Assembly: GCA_027340875.1 (NCBI GenBank)
Contig: DAIENX010000082.1
Span: 1-20,822 of the forward strand
Length of the DNA stretch: 20,822 bases
Reading direction: 5' to 3'
Source of the DNA: Elusimicrobiota bacterium
GTDB lineage: Bacteria; Elusimicrobiota; Elusimicrobia; Elusimicrobiales; UBA9959
Below are positions 8,024 to 17,407 of this stretch, piece after piece; positions within the stretch are counted from its first letter, which is position 1, and each line of letters opens with the position of its first letter. A program made the translations under genes and the position numbers. Under the pieces are notes generated by a model. That model searched no databases and was not told the DNA's origin. It saw only the letters and a program-made list of their open reading frames with translations.

Positions 8024-8596
8024 TCAGCGTTTCGGGCGGGCGGCTCCCCTGGCGGGGAGGTACTTCAGCTCATCTGCGGAGGGCTCCGGTTCCTGCCGGC
8101 AGGGTTTGGCGCCGCAGTACGGCAGCCGGTTCACGCCCAGGCGCAGCTCCCGGTCCAGGATGTCCTGGGCGGCCTTGTCGTCGTTAGGGCCCCAGACATG
8201 CTCCTCCGGCAGGCCTGCCGAATATTTCTGCAGGACGGCCAGGCCTGAGTCGGCGAAACGGTCGAAGTCCTCCGTTCCCGGAAAGGCGCGCTTGCCGCCC
8301 ATCCCCTGGAGCCAGGAGTTGTTCATGCGCAGCGTCAGCCGCATGCATACCTGCACCAGGGCCTTGTCAGGCGGCTTCCGCTGAGGGAACCGCTCGCGCA
8401 GCTGGCGGCACAGTTCCAGCCGCGCTTTGACCGAGGCCTGGCCCCAGCCGGTGACGTAGACCACAGGGGAGACCAGGGCCTTCGTTATCGCCGTTATATG
8501 CGGTCCGGCGAGGGGCGCGGAGGAAACCGTGACCTGCTGCGCGCCGGCGGGGGCGGCCAGCAGGAAGGCCAGAGAGGTGAGGAGCGGCAGGTTCAT
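8024..8596 (-). CDS. Hypothetical exported protein (190 aa)
   Basis: ATG at 8596 with AGGAGA RBS; signal peptide MNLPLLTSLAFLLAAPAGA; no recognised family. Confidence 0.7.
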   Translation of the reverse strand: MNLPLLTSLAFLLAAPAGAQQVTVSSAPLAGPHITAITKALVSPVVYVTGWGQASVKARLELCRQLRERFPQRKPPDKALVQVCMRLTLRMNNSWLQGMGGKRAFPGTEDFDRFADSGLAVLQKYSAGLPEEHVWGPNDDKAAQDILDRELRLGVNRLPYCGAKPCRQEPEPSADELKYLPARGAARPKR

Positions 8597-8709
8597 AATG
8601 TCTCCTGTAGTAATATTTAGCAGATAGCGGGGATCTGCGCAACTGTTATTTGCGGGAGCCAATTATCTATAATTTCACTGGAGCACAGACCGACTTTTCA
8701 GGAGGGAAC

Positions 8710-9915
8710 ATGGGAGTCTTTTCCAAAGCGCAGCTCGAGAAATATGCCGACGCCCTTATCTGGGGGCTGACCACGGCCCGCAAGAAGCCGTTCCGGAAGC
8801 AGGAGAACGTGCTGCTGCGCTGCGACCTCGAGGCCAGGGAACTGGGCGAGGTGGTGTACCGCAAGCTGGTCGGCCGCGGCTATAACGTGATCTTCAATTT
8901 CCTTCCTACTCCCGGGCTCGAGCGTTCCTTCTACGAGTTCTCGGACGCGGATCAGCGCGCTTTCCTGGGCTCCTGGGACAAGGAGCTCTACGAGAACCTC
9001 AACGGCTACGTCTTCATCAACGCGCCCGCCTCCCTGACCCACCTGAAGGGCATAGACACGAAACGTCAGAGCCAGGTGGCGATAGCCCGCAAGCCGCTCT
9101 TCAGGATCCGGGACGAGCGCGAGGAGAAGGGCAAGTTCGCCTGGACGCTGTGCACCTATCCTACCGATGAGCTGGCGAAGCAGGCCAAGCTGTCGCTGAA
9201 GGAGTACGCCGCGCAGATCGCCAAGGCCTGCTACCTGAACGAGCCTTCCCCGGCCAAGAAATGGGCGCAGGTCTACAAGGAGGTCACGTCCATCAAGAAG
9301 TGGATAAACGGCCTCGGCATAGATACGATACGCACGGAGTCCTCCTCGATGGACTTCGAGGTGAAGCTGGGCGAGAAGCGGAAGTTCCTCGGCGTCAGCG
9401 GCCATAATATCCCGAGCTTCGAGATCTTCACCTCGCCGGACTGGCGCGGCACGCGCGGCGTCTATTACGCCAACCTGCCCACGTTCCGCGGGGGGAACTA
9501 CATAGAGAAGATACGGCTGGAGTTCCGGGACGGGCGCGCCGTCAAGATGGCCGCGGCCAAGGGCGGGGATTACGTCAGGAAGATAATGGCCACCGACAAG
9601 GGCGCCTCGCAGATAGGCGAGTACTCGCTGACCGACCGCCGCTTCTCGAAGATAGACAGGTTCATGGCCGACATACTGTTCGACGAGAACCACGGCGGCA
9701 AGCACGGCAACTGCCACGTGGCCATCGGCAACTCCTACAGCGACACCTTCGCCGGGGACCCCGCGAAGCTGACGAAGGAGACCAAGGCTAAGCTTGGCTA
9801 CAACGACTCGGCGGTGCACTGGGACATGATAAACACCGAGGACAAGAAGGTGACCGCGACGCTGAAGAACGGGAAAAAGGTCACCCTCTACGAGAAAGGC
9901 CAGTTCAAGTATTGA
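8710..9915 (+). CDS. M29-family aminopeptidase (AmpS/AmpT-like)
   Basis: ATG 8710 with GGAGG RBS and TATAAT at 8668-8673. Motifs LEKYADALI, NIPSFEIFTSP, IGEYSL, ILFDEN, HVAIGNSY, NDSAVHWDMI. Confidence 0.9.
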   Translation: MGVFSKAQLEKYADALIWGLTTARKKPFRKQENVLLRCDLEARELGEVVYRKLVGRGYNVIFNFLPTPGLERSFYEFSDADQRAFLGSWDKELYENLNGYVFINAPASLTHLKGIDTKRQSQVAIARKPLFRIRDEREEKGKFAWTLCTYPTDELAKQAKLSLKEYAAQIAKACYLNEPSPAKKWAQVYKEVTSIKKWINGLGIDTIRTESSSMDFEVKLGEKRKFLGVSGHNIPSFEIFTSPDWRGTRGVYYANLPTFRGGNYIEKIRLEFRDGRAVKMAAAKGGDYVRKIMATDKGASQIGEYSLTDRRFSKIDRFMADILFDENHGGKHGNCHVAIGNSYSDTFAGDPAKLTKETKAKLGYNDSAVHWDMINTEDKKVTATLKNGKKVTLYEKGQFKY

Positions 9916-9933
9916 GCATCTTCGGCGCAGGGA

Positions 9934-9959
9934 AAAGGCCCCCGGTAACGGGGGCCTTT
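9934..9959. terminator. Intrinsic terminator (likely bidirectional)
   Basis: AAAGGCCCCCG-GTAA-CGGGGGCCTTT hairpin between convergent genes. Confidence 0.85.
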
Positions 9960-9986
9960 CTTCTGCCTGTCCGCGGCGTCAAACGC

Positions 9987-11369
9987 TCAGGCAAGCGTCG
10001 CGCGCCTGCGGCGTCTGTTCAGGAAGTAGGGCAGCGCGCCTGCGGCGATGCCGCCTATCCCCAGCAGGTTAGTGAGAGCGTCGAAGGTCGGGATGCTGTA
10101 AACGGCTATGAAGAACAGGAAGGCCGCGCTCAGCAGCGGCCACAGCACGTGGGTCAGCGCGGTCAGCGGCCCGGCGCGTAGCCTGTCCCGGTAGTGCCAG
10201 GCGCAAGCGCAGCCGGTCAGGCCAAGGTAGAACGAGATCTGGAAACCTATCGCGCTGATGAAGCACTTGAGTATCTGGTTGACCGTGGGGATGTACGAGG
10301 ACAGCAGCAGCAGCGCCATGCCGAAGGCCCAGATGAAGATCACGGCCACGTAAGGCGTCTTCCATTTGTGGTGCACCCTGGCGTAGCGCGGGTGCAGCGC
10401 GCCGGCCCTGCCTTTGGCGAACAGCGTGCGGGTGAACTGCAGTATCTGCGTCTCGAGCGTGCCCACGGTGCTCATCAGCACGGCTATGATGGCCAGGTAG
10501 CCGAACTTCCTGCCGTAGAGCTTCTCGGCCACCGCGTAGATCACATTGGTGTTGTAATGCTGTATCTCGGCGTCCGACAGCCCGAGCAGGACTATTATCA
10601 TGAACGCGACGAAGAAGAGCGTAAGGTAGGTCATCGCCCAGAAAGCGCCGCGGCCGGCGGTATGGCCGGCGTCCCGGGTCTCCTCGCTGAGGTTCATCAC
10701 GACGTCCCACCCCCAGTAGAAGAACATCGCCGTCAGGGCGCCGCTGGCGAACAGGGCCGGGGTGAAACCGGAGGGGGAGAGCCATCCCCAGGAGAACGGG
10801 TGCCGGGCCGCTTTCGGGAACACGTAGAAGCTGGCCGCGGCTATCACCCCGAGTATGCCCACCTCGACTACCGTCATCAGTACCTGCACGTAGCTGGTCA
10901 GCTTTATGCCCTTCAGCACTACGAAGGAGATCAGCGTCAGCAGCGCGGCCGCGATCATGGTTATCAGGTGCACGTTGTTCATGCTGGCAGGCGCGAAGAT
11001 CAGCAGGAAAGCGTTGGCCGCCGGTATCGCCCCCGAGACCATGAACAGACACGAGGCGGTCAGCAGCGCCCAGCCGGAGAAGAAGCCCCACGTCTCCCCG
11101 AAGATCTGCCCCACCCATGCGAAGGACGCTCCGGCGTCCGGGTTCATCCTGTTCAGGTGGATGAACGCGAACGTGATGCCGAACATGATAAGCCCGCAGT
11201 AGAGTATGCTGCCGGCCGACAGCGCGCCGACCGCTGCCACCATGGTGGAGGCGGTGACCTCTATGCTGAAGGCCGGCGCGGTCCCGGCCACGCCCATGAT
11301 TATGGATTCCCAGACTCCGAGCGAGCCGCCGGCCAGCTTCTCGTTGTCAGCAGCGGCGGTAGTGTCCAT
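9987..11369 (-). CDS. APC-family amino acid/polyamine permease
   Basis: Start chosen at MDTTAAAD (11369). About 12 hydrophobic segments; GVAGTAPAFS, PDAGASFAWV, FFYWGWD..NLSEET, HHKWKTP motifs. Confidence 0.88.
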   Translation of the reverse strand: MDTTAAADNEKLAGGSLGVWESIIMGVAGTAPAFSIEVTASTMVAAVGALSAGSILYCGLIMFGITFAFIHLNRMNPDAGASFAWVGQIFGETWGFFSGWALLTASCLFMVSGAIPAANAFLLIFAPASMNNVHLITMIAAALLTLISFVVLKGIKLTSYVQVLMTVVEVGILGVIAAASFYVFPKAARHPFSWGWLSPSGFTPALFASGALTAMFFYWGWDVVMNLSEETRDAGHTAGRGAFWAMTYLTLFFVAFMIIVLLGLSDAEIQHYNTNVIYAVAEKLYGRKFGYLAIIAVLMSTVGTLETQILQFTRTLFAKGRAGALHPRYARVHHKWKTPYVAVIFIWAFGMALLLLSSYIPTVNQILKCFISAIGFQISFYLGLTGCACAWHYRDRLRAGPLTALTHVLWPLLSAAFLFFIAVYSIPTFDALTNLLGIGGIAAGALPYFLNRRRRRATLA

Positions 11370-11467
11370 GGAGCGATATTCTATCAAAATGCCCGACTGC
11401 CGCGGGCGGGGCGGCGGAGCTGGTGTGATTTTTCGCGGCGCGCGGATATATGGTCTAATATACGACC

Positions 11468-12727
11468 ATGAGCACACTGCTTCAGGCTTTAAAGACCGAG
11501 CGCGGCCGCCACGTGGCGGGCGCGGTTTTCCTGGCGGGCCTGTCCGCCATGTTCCTCTTCTGCGGCTACGAGTTCATCCGCTCTCCCGCGGAATCCATCT
11601 TCATCGAGAAGTTCGGCGCCGGCGCGAAGCCGTACGCCATAGCGCTGGTGCCGTTCATGATGGCCGCGATGATCTACGGTTACGGCCGGCTGCTCTCCGC
11701 GGTGGGCGCCAAGAAGGCGATGACGGCCTCCATGCTGCTGAGCGCGGCCTTCTTCCTCGTCGCCTGGGCCATGCTGGGCCGCGCCGGGAGGTGGTTCGCC
11801 TTCTTCCTGCTGGTCTTCAAGGAGTCCTACGTAGTCATCATCTCCGAGCAGTACTGGTCGTTCGTCAACAGCGTGCTTAAGGACGAGGAGGGGAAGATCT
11901 ACAACGGCCCGGTGGCCGGTCTCGGCGCCCTCGGCTCGCTGTGCGGCGGCTGGCTGCTCGGCCATTACGCCGTGGGGCTGGGGACCAGGGCGTTCGTGCT
12001 GTTCGCCGGCCTTGTGATACTGCCCGCGGCCGTCCTGTCGTGGCTTGGCTACGAGAAGGCTGGGGAGCCCAAGCCCTCCGCCGAAGAGGCGGGCGGCAGG
12101 AAAGGACACCTGCACCTGAGCATCCTGACCGAGAACCGCACCGTGCTGTTCATCGCCTTCATCATCTTCTCGGCGCAGGTGGTGGCCACAGCGCTGGATT
12201 TCCGCTGGACCCAGCTGCTGCAGGACTTCCTGCCGGACATGGACGCGCGCACGGCCTACATGGGCCGCTTCTGGATGCGCGTGAACATCTTCTCGTTCTC
12301 GATGCAGTTCCTGGCCACTCCGTTCCTGCTGAGGTGGATACCGCGCCGCGGCATACTCACCTTCATCCCGGCCGTGCACATCGTCACCTGCCTGCTGTTG
12401 TTCGTGCACCCGACGCTGGGGCTGGCCTCCGCGGCCTTCCTGCTCTTCAAGGGGATGGACTACTCCATCTTCCGCGCCTCCAAGGAAACGCTCTACATCC
12501 CGTTCTCCTACGACACGCGCTACCGCGCCAAGCAGGTGGCGGAGGCCTTCACCTACAGGTTCGCCAAGGGCCTGACGGCGACCTGGGTTTCCGTCCTGAA
12601 GACGGTAGGCTCGGTGGCGCAGGGCTTCTACCCGGCGCTCGGGGCCATCTTCGCCGCGGCGTGGCTGGTGATGTCCTTCCCGCTCACTGCGGACAGGGAG
12701 CCGCCCGAGGGGAAAGCCGCCGCTTAA
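11468..12727 (+). CDS. NTT/TLC (ATP/ADP translocase-like) MFS transporter
   Basis: About 12 TM segments; YEFIRS, QYWSFVN, and KGMDYSIFRASKETLYIPF...RYRAK...YRFAKG resemble the TLC-family YS...KE.YIP...K.K...R.GK motif. Confidence 0.72.
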   Translation: MSTLLQALKTERGRHVAGAVFLAGLSAMFLFCGYEFIRSPAESIFIEKFGAGAKPYAIALVPFMMAAMIYGYGRLLSAVGAKKAMTASMLLSAAFFLVAWAMLGRAGRWFAFFLLVFKESYVVIISEQYWSFVNSVLKDEEGKIYNGPVAGLGALGSLCGGWLLGHYAVGLGTRAFVLFAGLVILPAAVLSWLGYEKAGEPKPSAEEAGGRKGHLHLSILTENRTVLFIAFIIFSAQVVATALDFRWTQLLQDFLPDMDARTAYMGRFWMRVNIFSFSMQFLATPFLLRWIPRRGILTFIPAVHIVTCLLLFVHPTLGLASAAFLLFKGMDYSIFRASKETLYIPFSYDTRYRAKQVAEAFTYRFAKGLTATWVSVLKTVGSVAQGFYPALGAIFAAAWLVMSFPLTADREPPEGKAAA

Positions 12728-12742
12728 GGACGCGCGGCGGCA

Positions 12743-12771
12743 AAAAAGCCCGGGCTGGTCCCGGGCTTTTT
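12743..12771. terminator. Bidirectional intrinsic terminator
   Basis: AAAAAGCCCGGG-ctggt-CCCGGGCTTTTT between convergent genes. Confidence 0.9.
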
Positions 12772-12787
12772 ATTTTCCGGCACAACC

Positions 12788-13765
12788 CTAGAAGACGATG
12801 GAGGCGGAGAAGCGGTGGACCGTGCCGAGGTCCCCGAACGGGGAGAAGGCGTAGTCCAACTGGTAGGAGGTATAGCGGACGCCGGCGCCCAAGGACACGT
12901 TGCGCAGCCCGCCCATGTCGGAGATGGCCCGCGTGTTGAAGCCGGCGCGCAGCGCGACGTCCACGTCGGTCCCGGCCGGTATCCTGAGCTCGGAGCCCAT
13001 CGCGAGGAACGGAAGTGAATCGCGCGTGCCGATGATGTCGGCAGTTACGGAGAAATAGTCGCCGAGCTTCGTCAGGGTGCCCAGCCGCAGTATCAGCGGC
13101 AGGGGAGCTTCCTCCTTGTCGTAGCGCAGCGAGCCCATGATGTTCTGGGCCGACATCGTCATCAGGAAGCGGTTGTCGAACATGTAGGGGAAGTTCAGAC
13201 CTATGTCGGCCGACACGGTGTTGTCGTCGGAAAGTATCTTGGACTTGACGAACTTGCCGGTGGCGCCCAGCACGAACCTGTCCTCCGGGTCCTTGTTGAA
13301 GCCGGTTATGTAGCAGGCGAAGCCTACGCCGATGGAGGTGTCGTACGGCGAGAAGCTGCCCAGCGCGACGCCGCTCGGGTCGGTCCGGGCGATCTTGCCG
13401 TAGTTCATGTACTTGAGCGCCACGCCCCAGGCGCCCACGTCCCCTGCGGCCTCAGTGTAGCCGAAATATTCCAGGTTCGAGCCGGACAGGTAGGGCGAGT
13501 GCATCAGGCCCATCGAGTTCTTCTTCACGTGTATCAGCCCGGCCGGGTTCCAGTCCAGCGCGAAGGCGTCGTCAGCGAGCGCGGAATAGGCCTCGCCCAT
13601 AGCGGCTCCGCGCGCCCCGGCCGCTATCTTCAGGAACTGTCCGGAGGCGGTACCGGCCGAGGAGCCGTCGAAGCCCGCGTCGGCCTGGCGCGGCAGGGCC
13701 AGGGCGCAGAGCGCCAGGGCCGGCAGGGCCGCCTTCAGTACTTTGGCCAATGCTCCTCTTTCCAT
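12788..13765 (-). CDS. PorV/PorQ-family (UPF0164, FadL-like) outer-membrane barrel
   Basis: Signal peptide; FLKIAAGARGAAMGEAYSALADDAFALDWNPAGL hatch motif; C-terminal LDYAFSPFGDLGTVHRFSASIVF ending in Phe. Confidence 0.85.
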   Translation of the reverse strand: MERGALAKVLKAALPALALCALALPRQADAGFDGSSAGTASGQFLKIAAGARGAAMGEAYSALADDAFALDWNPAGLIHVKKNSMGLMHSPYLSGSNLEYFGYTEAAGDVGAWGVALKYMNYGKIARTDPSGVALGSFSPYDTSIGVGFACYITGFNKDPEDRFVLGATGKFVKSKILSDDNTVSADIGLNFPYMFDNRFLMTMSAQNIMGSLRYDKEEAPLPLILRLGTLTKLGDYFSVTADIIGTRDSLPFLAMGSELRIPAGTDVDVALRAGFNTRAISDMGGLRNVSLGAGVRYTSYQLDYAFSPFGDLGTVHRFSASIVF

Positions 13766-13774
13766 AGTGCCGCG

Positions 13775-16700
13775 CTACCTCTCCAGTGCCACCTTGAAGC
13801 TCTTCGAGCTCTTCTTGTCGCTGGTCTGGACGAAAGCTATGTACACGCCGCTGGCGGCCTTGTTGCCGCTGTCGTTCCTGCCGTCCCAGTGCGCCATGCC
13901 GTTGACGTCTGCCTTCAGGCCGCGCACCAGCTCTCCGAGGAACGTATAGATCTTCACTTTGGCGTACGGGGGCAGCCCCGCGAAGTTCATCACGCCGGTG
14001 GCCGAGTTGGGCCTGAACGGGTTAGGGTATATCTTCACCGCGCTCAGTCCTGCCGGCGGATTGCTCTGCATGATCTGGAAGGTCGACAGGTGCCAGGTCT
14101 GTCCTATGACCCTGTTGCGGGCCGTGTCGGATACGGAGGGCAGGGGGACCCAGACGCCGTTGTTCTCGTCGTATAGCGCCAGCACCAGCCTGGAGGCGTC
14201 TATGCCGGCCGGCAGGTCCGAAGGCCTGTACGGGAGAGTTATCGTTATGGCCCCCAGCACCAGCGTCGGAGGGAAATGGGCGAGCGTCAGGCCTATGCCG
14301 GTAGGCGTCAGGCTCGCTACGGCGGAGGCCGGGCCGGGCAGCGTGGAAGTGGAAGGGGTGAGCGTCAGTCGCGTGGAACTGCCGATGGCGCCCGGCGGTA
14401 TCAGCACCGAGATCTCTCCGTAGGAGGTTTCAAGAGGAATAAGGGTGCCTTCCTGCGCCAGCGCGTTCGCGTTGGCGGAGAGCAGCGTCACGGTGGACCC
14501 CAGCGCGACGTAGCCGGTCTGCGCTCCTCCCTGTCCGCGGGACTGTATCCGTAGCCAATAGGTGGCGTCTATGGCCAGCTCCGTGAACGAGCAGGCCAGT
14601 CCCCGTACCAGGCAGCTGGAGCTTACCACCCCGAAATTCTCGTCGGTAGAGGAGATCTGGACGTAATAGACCGTGGAGGAGGAGTTGCCGTTGGGGCCCC
14701 AGTTCGCGGTAAAGCCGTCCGTCAGCATGCCCGTGAAGGTCCCTTCCTGGGAGAGCCTGTAGGCCGTGGCCGGCAGCGTCAATGCCGAGCCCAGCGGGAC
14801 AGGCGGGTCCGTGGGCAGGCCGGCCAGGTTCAGGGCCGAGACACGCAGATAATAGCTGGTGTCCGACTGGAGGCCGTAGAACGTGGCCGACAGGGAGAGC
14901 GTCGTGGAGGAATGCACGGTTCCAGAGAAATCGGAATTTGAGGAGACGTAGGCCGTATAGAAGGTTACGTCGGCCGGGTTAGCGCCGCGGCCCCAGTTAA
15001 GCGTGACCGAGCTCGCGCCTATGCCGGAGTAGGTCCCAGCGGTCGGGTCGTAGGCGCCGGTGGCGGTCGGGCTGAAATCCACCGTGGTAGTCCTGCGTCC
15101 CAGGCGGTTGATGGCGGTAACGCGAGAATAATAGGTCGTATTGGGAATAAGCCCGGAGAAGGTGGCGGAGGAAAGCACCGTGGTGGAGGACGGCTGCGGG
15201 GAGCCGTAAGCCGGGTTGTCGGCCATCTCCACCAGGTAGCGCGTGTCGGCCGGGTTGGAATTCGCCGACCATCTCAGATTGAGCGTGAGCGAGGTGATGG
15301 AGAAGCCCTGCTCCACGGGAGCGTTGGCCATGGTAGCGGTGGCCGGCAGCATCGAGTAGTTGACCGAGCCCTCCATGTTCACGGTGCCGACGCGGAAATA
15401 ATAGCTGGTGTTAGGGGACAAGCCCTCTATCGCGAGGCGGTCCAGCTGTATGCGGGAGGTGGCGGAGGAGAAGGCGGCGGAGCCGAACGCCGGGTCGGTG
15501 CCCGCCTGCAGCACGTAGCCTTCCGCCGACGCGCTCTGAGGCGATCCCGCCAGCGGGGTCCAGGAGACGGTCACGCTGGACTGGTATACCTCGGGATAGG
15601 CCAGGCCGCCCAGAGCCTGCGGCAGCGTCTGCCTGTAAGGAACGTCGGTGTTGGTGTAGATGGTAGTGCCGTTATAGAGCGCGCCTGCGCGGAAATAATA
15701 GGTGGTGTTGGGGTCCAGGCCGCTTATCACCAGTCCGGTGGCCGTGGCGCTCGGAGTGGCGGAGCTCGCCGCTATCGAGGTGAAGAAACGGTACACTGAC
15801 GCCTCGGCCACGTGGCCTTCGGCGGCCGTCCCGGGCGTGAAGGAGATGGCCGCGCTGGAGCTCCATACGCTGCCCAGCGTCACGCCGGTGAGCTGGCCTG
15901 GGAAGCCGGTGGCCGTGGAAGGCAGCAGCGAATAGTTGGGCGTGCGTTCCCAGTTAAGCGTCGCCAGGCGCAGATAGTGCGTGGTGTTCGGGCGCAGACC
16001 GGTAAGGGTCAGCGTTCTGAGGCCGTCCTGATAGATATACGTCGAAGACGAATAGACGGCGGCGCCTGAGCCGAACGGCGCGCTGGAGCCTTCAAGCCGG
16101 TAGCCTTCGCAGGCGAAGGGCTGCGGCAAAGCCGGCAGCGGCGTGAAGCTCACCGTTATCAGCTGCGGATCGGCGTAGGCGGAGGTAAGCTCGGGGGACA
16201 CGCCCAGCGCCAGGGTCACCGAAGACAGCGTCGCGCCGTAGTTGGGGACGCCTGCCTTGTTCAGCGAGCCCGCCCGGAAATAATAGGTGGTGTTAGGATA
16301 GAGCGTGTTCAGCGAAAGAGTGCTCTGCTGCAGAGCGTAGGTGGCCGTGGATTCGTAAAGTCCGGCCGTGGAGAAGCCGTCGGTAGAGGCCTCCAGCCTG
16401 TACCCCATGGCCGCGCCGGCCGCCATCGCGGTCCAGCCCAGAGTGGCGCCGCCGTCGGTGAGGGAGATCCTGGAGAGGCCCTGCGGCGCCGCCGCCAGGG
16501 TGGTGAAGTTGCGCAGCTCCGAGAAGTTGGCCGTCCCGCCCCAGTTAAGCGAACCGACCTTGTAGTAATAGGTGGTGTTGCGCTGGAGGGAGGACGCGGA
16601 GGAGGAGGAGACCGTGTTGTCGTAAGTGGTCCAGTCCACGGCCAGCGACGAGAGCAGCGGGTCCGCAGAGACCTTCAGGCGGTAGCCTTCCGAGTACAGG

Positions 16701-17407
16701 GCCTGGCCCGGTCCGCCGTCCACCGGGGTCCAGGAGATGGTGGCGCTGGTCTCGTTGACGCCCTCGGCTATGCCGGAGAGCCCGAGCGCCAGGGTCGCCG
16801 TGGAGACAGGAGAGGTGAAAGAGGTCCTCGTGCCTCCGGAACCGAGCGCCCGCACCTTGAAATAATAGGTGGTATTCGCCTCGAGTCCGCCCAGAGTGAC
16901 CGGCGGATAGCCGAGCAGCGCCAGGCCGGCCGAGGCGAAGGAGGCCGACTTGTCGTAAGCCAGCTCGTACTTGGTCCACTCGGGATTGCCGGCGGTATCC
17001 CAGCCGAGCCTGGCGGTAGCGGTAAAGGAGGAGTCCGCGGTGAAATAGGCCGGCATGGAGAAGATGGCGGAAGGGACCGCTACCCAGGTGGCGGTGGTGA
17101 TCACCGGGGAGTAGAGGCTGTCCGGGTCGGCGGCCGTCTTGACCTTGAAATAGTAGGTGGTGTCCGGGGCCAGCAGGGGGTAGCCGGTGGCGGCGCCAGT
17201 GACGGAGCCGCTGGAAACGTAGCCTGAGAACGACGGGGATGTAGAGATGACGGCGATGTAGGGGGAGAAGCCCCCGCTCCAGGAGACGTTAACGCTGCCC
17301 GTGCTGACGGCCGTCAGCACGGGCGTCGGCGTTGCGGCCAGCGAGGGCACGACCGCCGCCAGCAGGCAGGCGGCGGCCGCTATCAGATGTCTGGCCCGGG
17401 AGAACAT
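13775..17407 (-). CDS. Large secreted fibronectin type III repeat protein with T9SS type-A-like / FlgD-Ig C-terminal domain
   Basis: Signal peptide; ten repeats of the type L-x-P-N-T-T-Y-Y-F-R/K-V; Ser/Thr-rich; C-terminus VKIYPNPFRP...VKIYTFLGELVR...WDGRNDSGNKAASGVYI. Confidence 0.88.
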   Translation of the reverse strand: MFSRARHLIAAAACLLAAVVPSLAATPTPVLTAVSTGSVNVSWSGGFSPYIAVISTSPSFSGYVSSGSVTGAATGYPLLAPDTTYYFKVKTAADPDSLYSPVITTATWVAVPSAIFSMPAYFTADSSFTATARLGWDTAGNPEWTKYELAYDKSASFASAGLALLGYPPVTLGGLEANTTYYFKVRALGSGGTRTSFTSPVSTATLALGLSGIAEGVNETSATISWTPVDGGPGQALYSEGYRLKVSADPLLSSLAVDWTTYDNTVSSSSASSLQRNTTYYYKVGSLNWGGTANFSELRNFTTLAAAPQGLSRISLTDGGATLGWTAMAAGAAMGYRLEASTDGFSTAGLYESTATYALQQSTLSLNTLYPNTTYYFRAGSLNKAGVPNYGATLSSVTLALGVSPELTSAYADPQLITVSFTPLPALPQPFACEGYRLEGSSAPFGSGAAVYSSSTYIYQDGLRTLTLTGLRPNTTHYLRLATLNWERTPNYSLLPSTATGFPGQLTGVTLGSVWSSSAAISFTPGTAAEGHVAEASVYRFFTSIAASSATPSATATGLVISGLDPNTTYYFRAGALYNGTTIYTNTDVPYRQTLPQALGGLAYPEVYQSSVTVSWTPLAGSPQSASAEGYVLQAGTDPAFGSAAFSSATSRIQLDRLAIEGLSPNTSYYFRVGTVNMEGSVNYSMLPATATMANAPVEQGFSITSLTLNLRWSANSNPADTRYLVEMADNPAYGSPQPSSTTVLSSATFSGLIPNTTYYSRVTAINRLGRRTTTVDFSPTATGAYDPTAGTYSGIGASSVTLNWGRGANPADVTFYTAYVSSNSDFSGTVHSSTTLSLSATFYGLQSDTSYYLRVSALNLAGLPTDPPVPLGSALTLPATAYRLSQEGTFTGMLTDGFTANWGPNGNSSSTVYYVQISSTDENFGVVSSSCLVRGLACSFTELAIDATYWLRIQSRGQGGAQTGYVALGSTVTLLSANANALAQEGTLIPLETSYGEISVLIPPGAIGSSTRLTLTPSTSTLPGPASAVASLTPTGIGLTLAHFPPTLVLGAITITLPYRPSDLPAGIDASRLVLALYDENNGVWVPLPSVSDTARNRVIGQTWHLSTFQIMQSNPPAGLSAVKIYPNPFRPNSATGVMNFAGLPPYAKVKIYTFLGELVRGLKADVNGMAHWDGRNDSGNKAASGVYIAFVQTSDKKSSKSFKVALER

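Noticed and set aside
11468..12727. Proof of intracellular energy parasitism
   Set aside because: Divergent NTT homologues occur in free-living bacteria, and the window shows no sign of genome reduction.
14500..17340. DNA tandem repeat or CRISPR-like array (recurring aataataggtggt)
   Set aside because: These are codons for the TTYYF motif of FN3 repeats, roughly 300 bp apart and divergent elsewhere.
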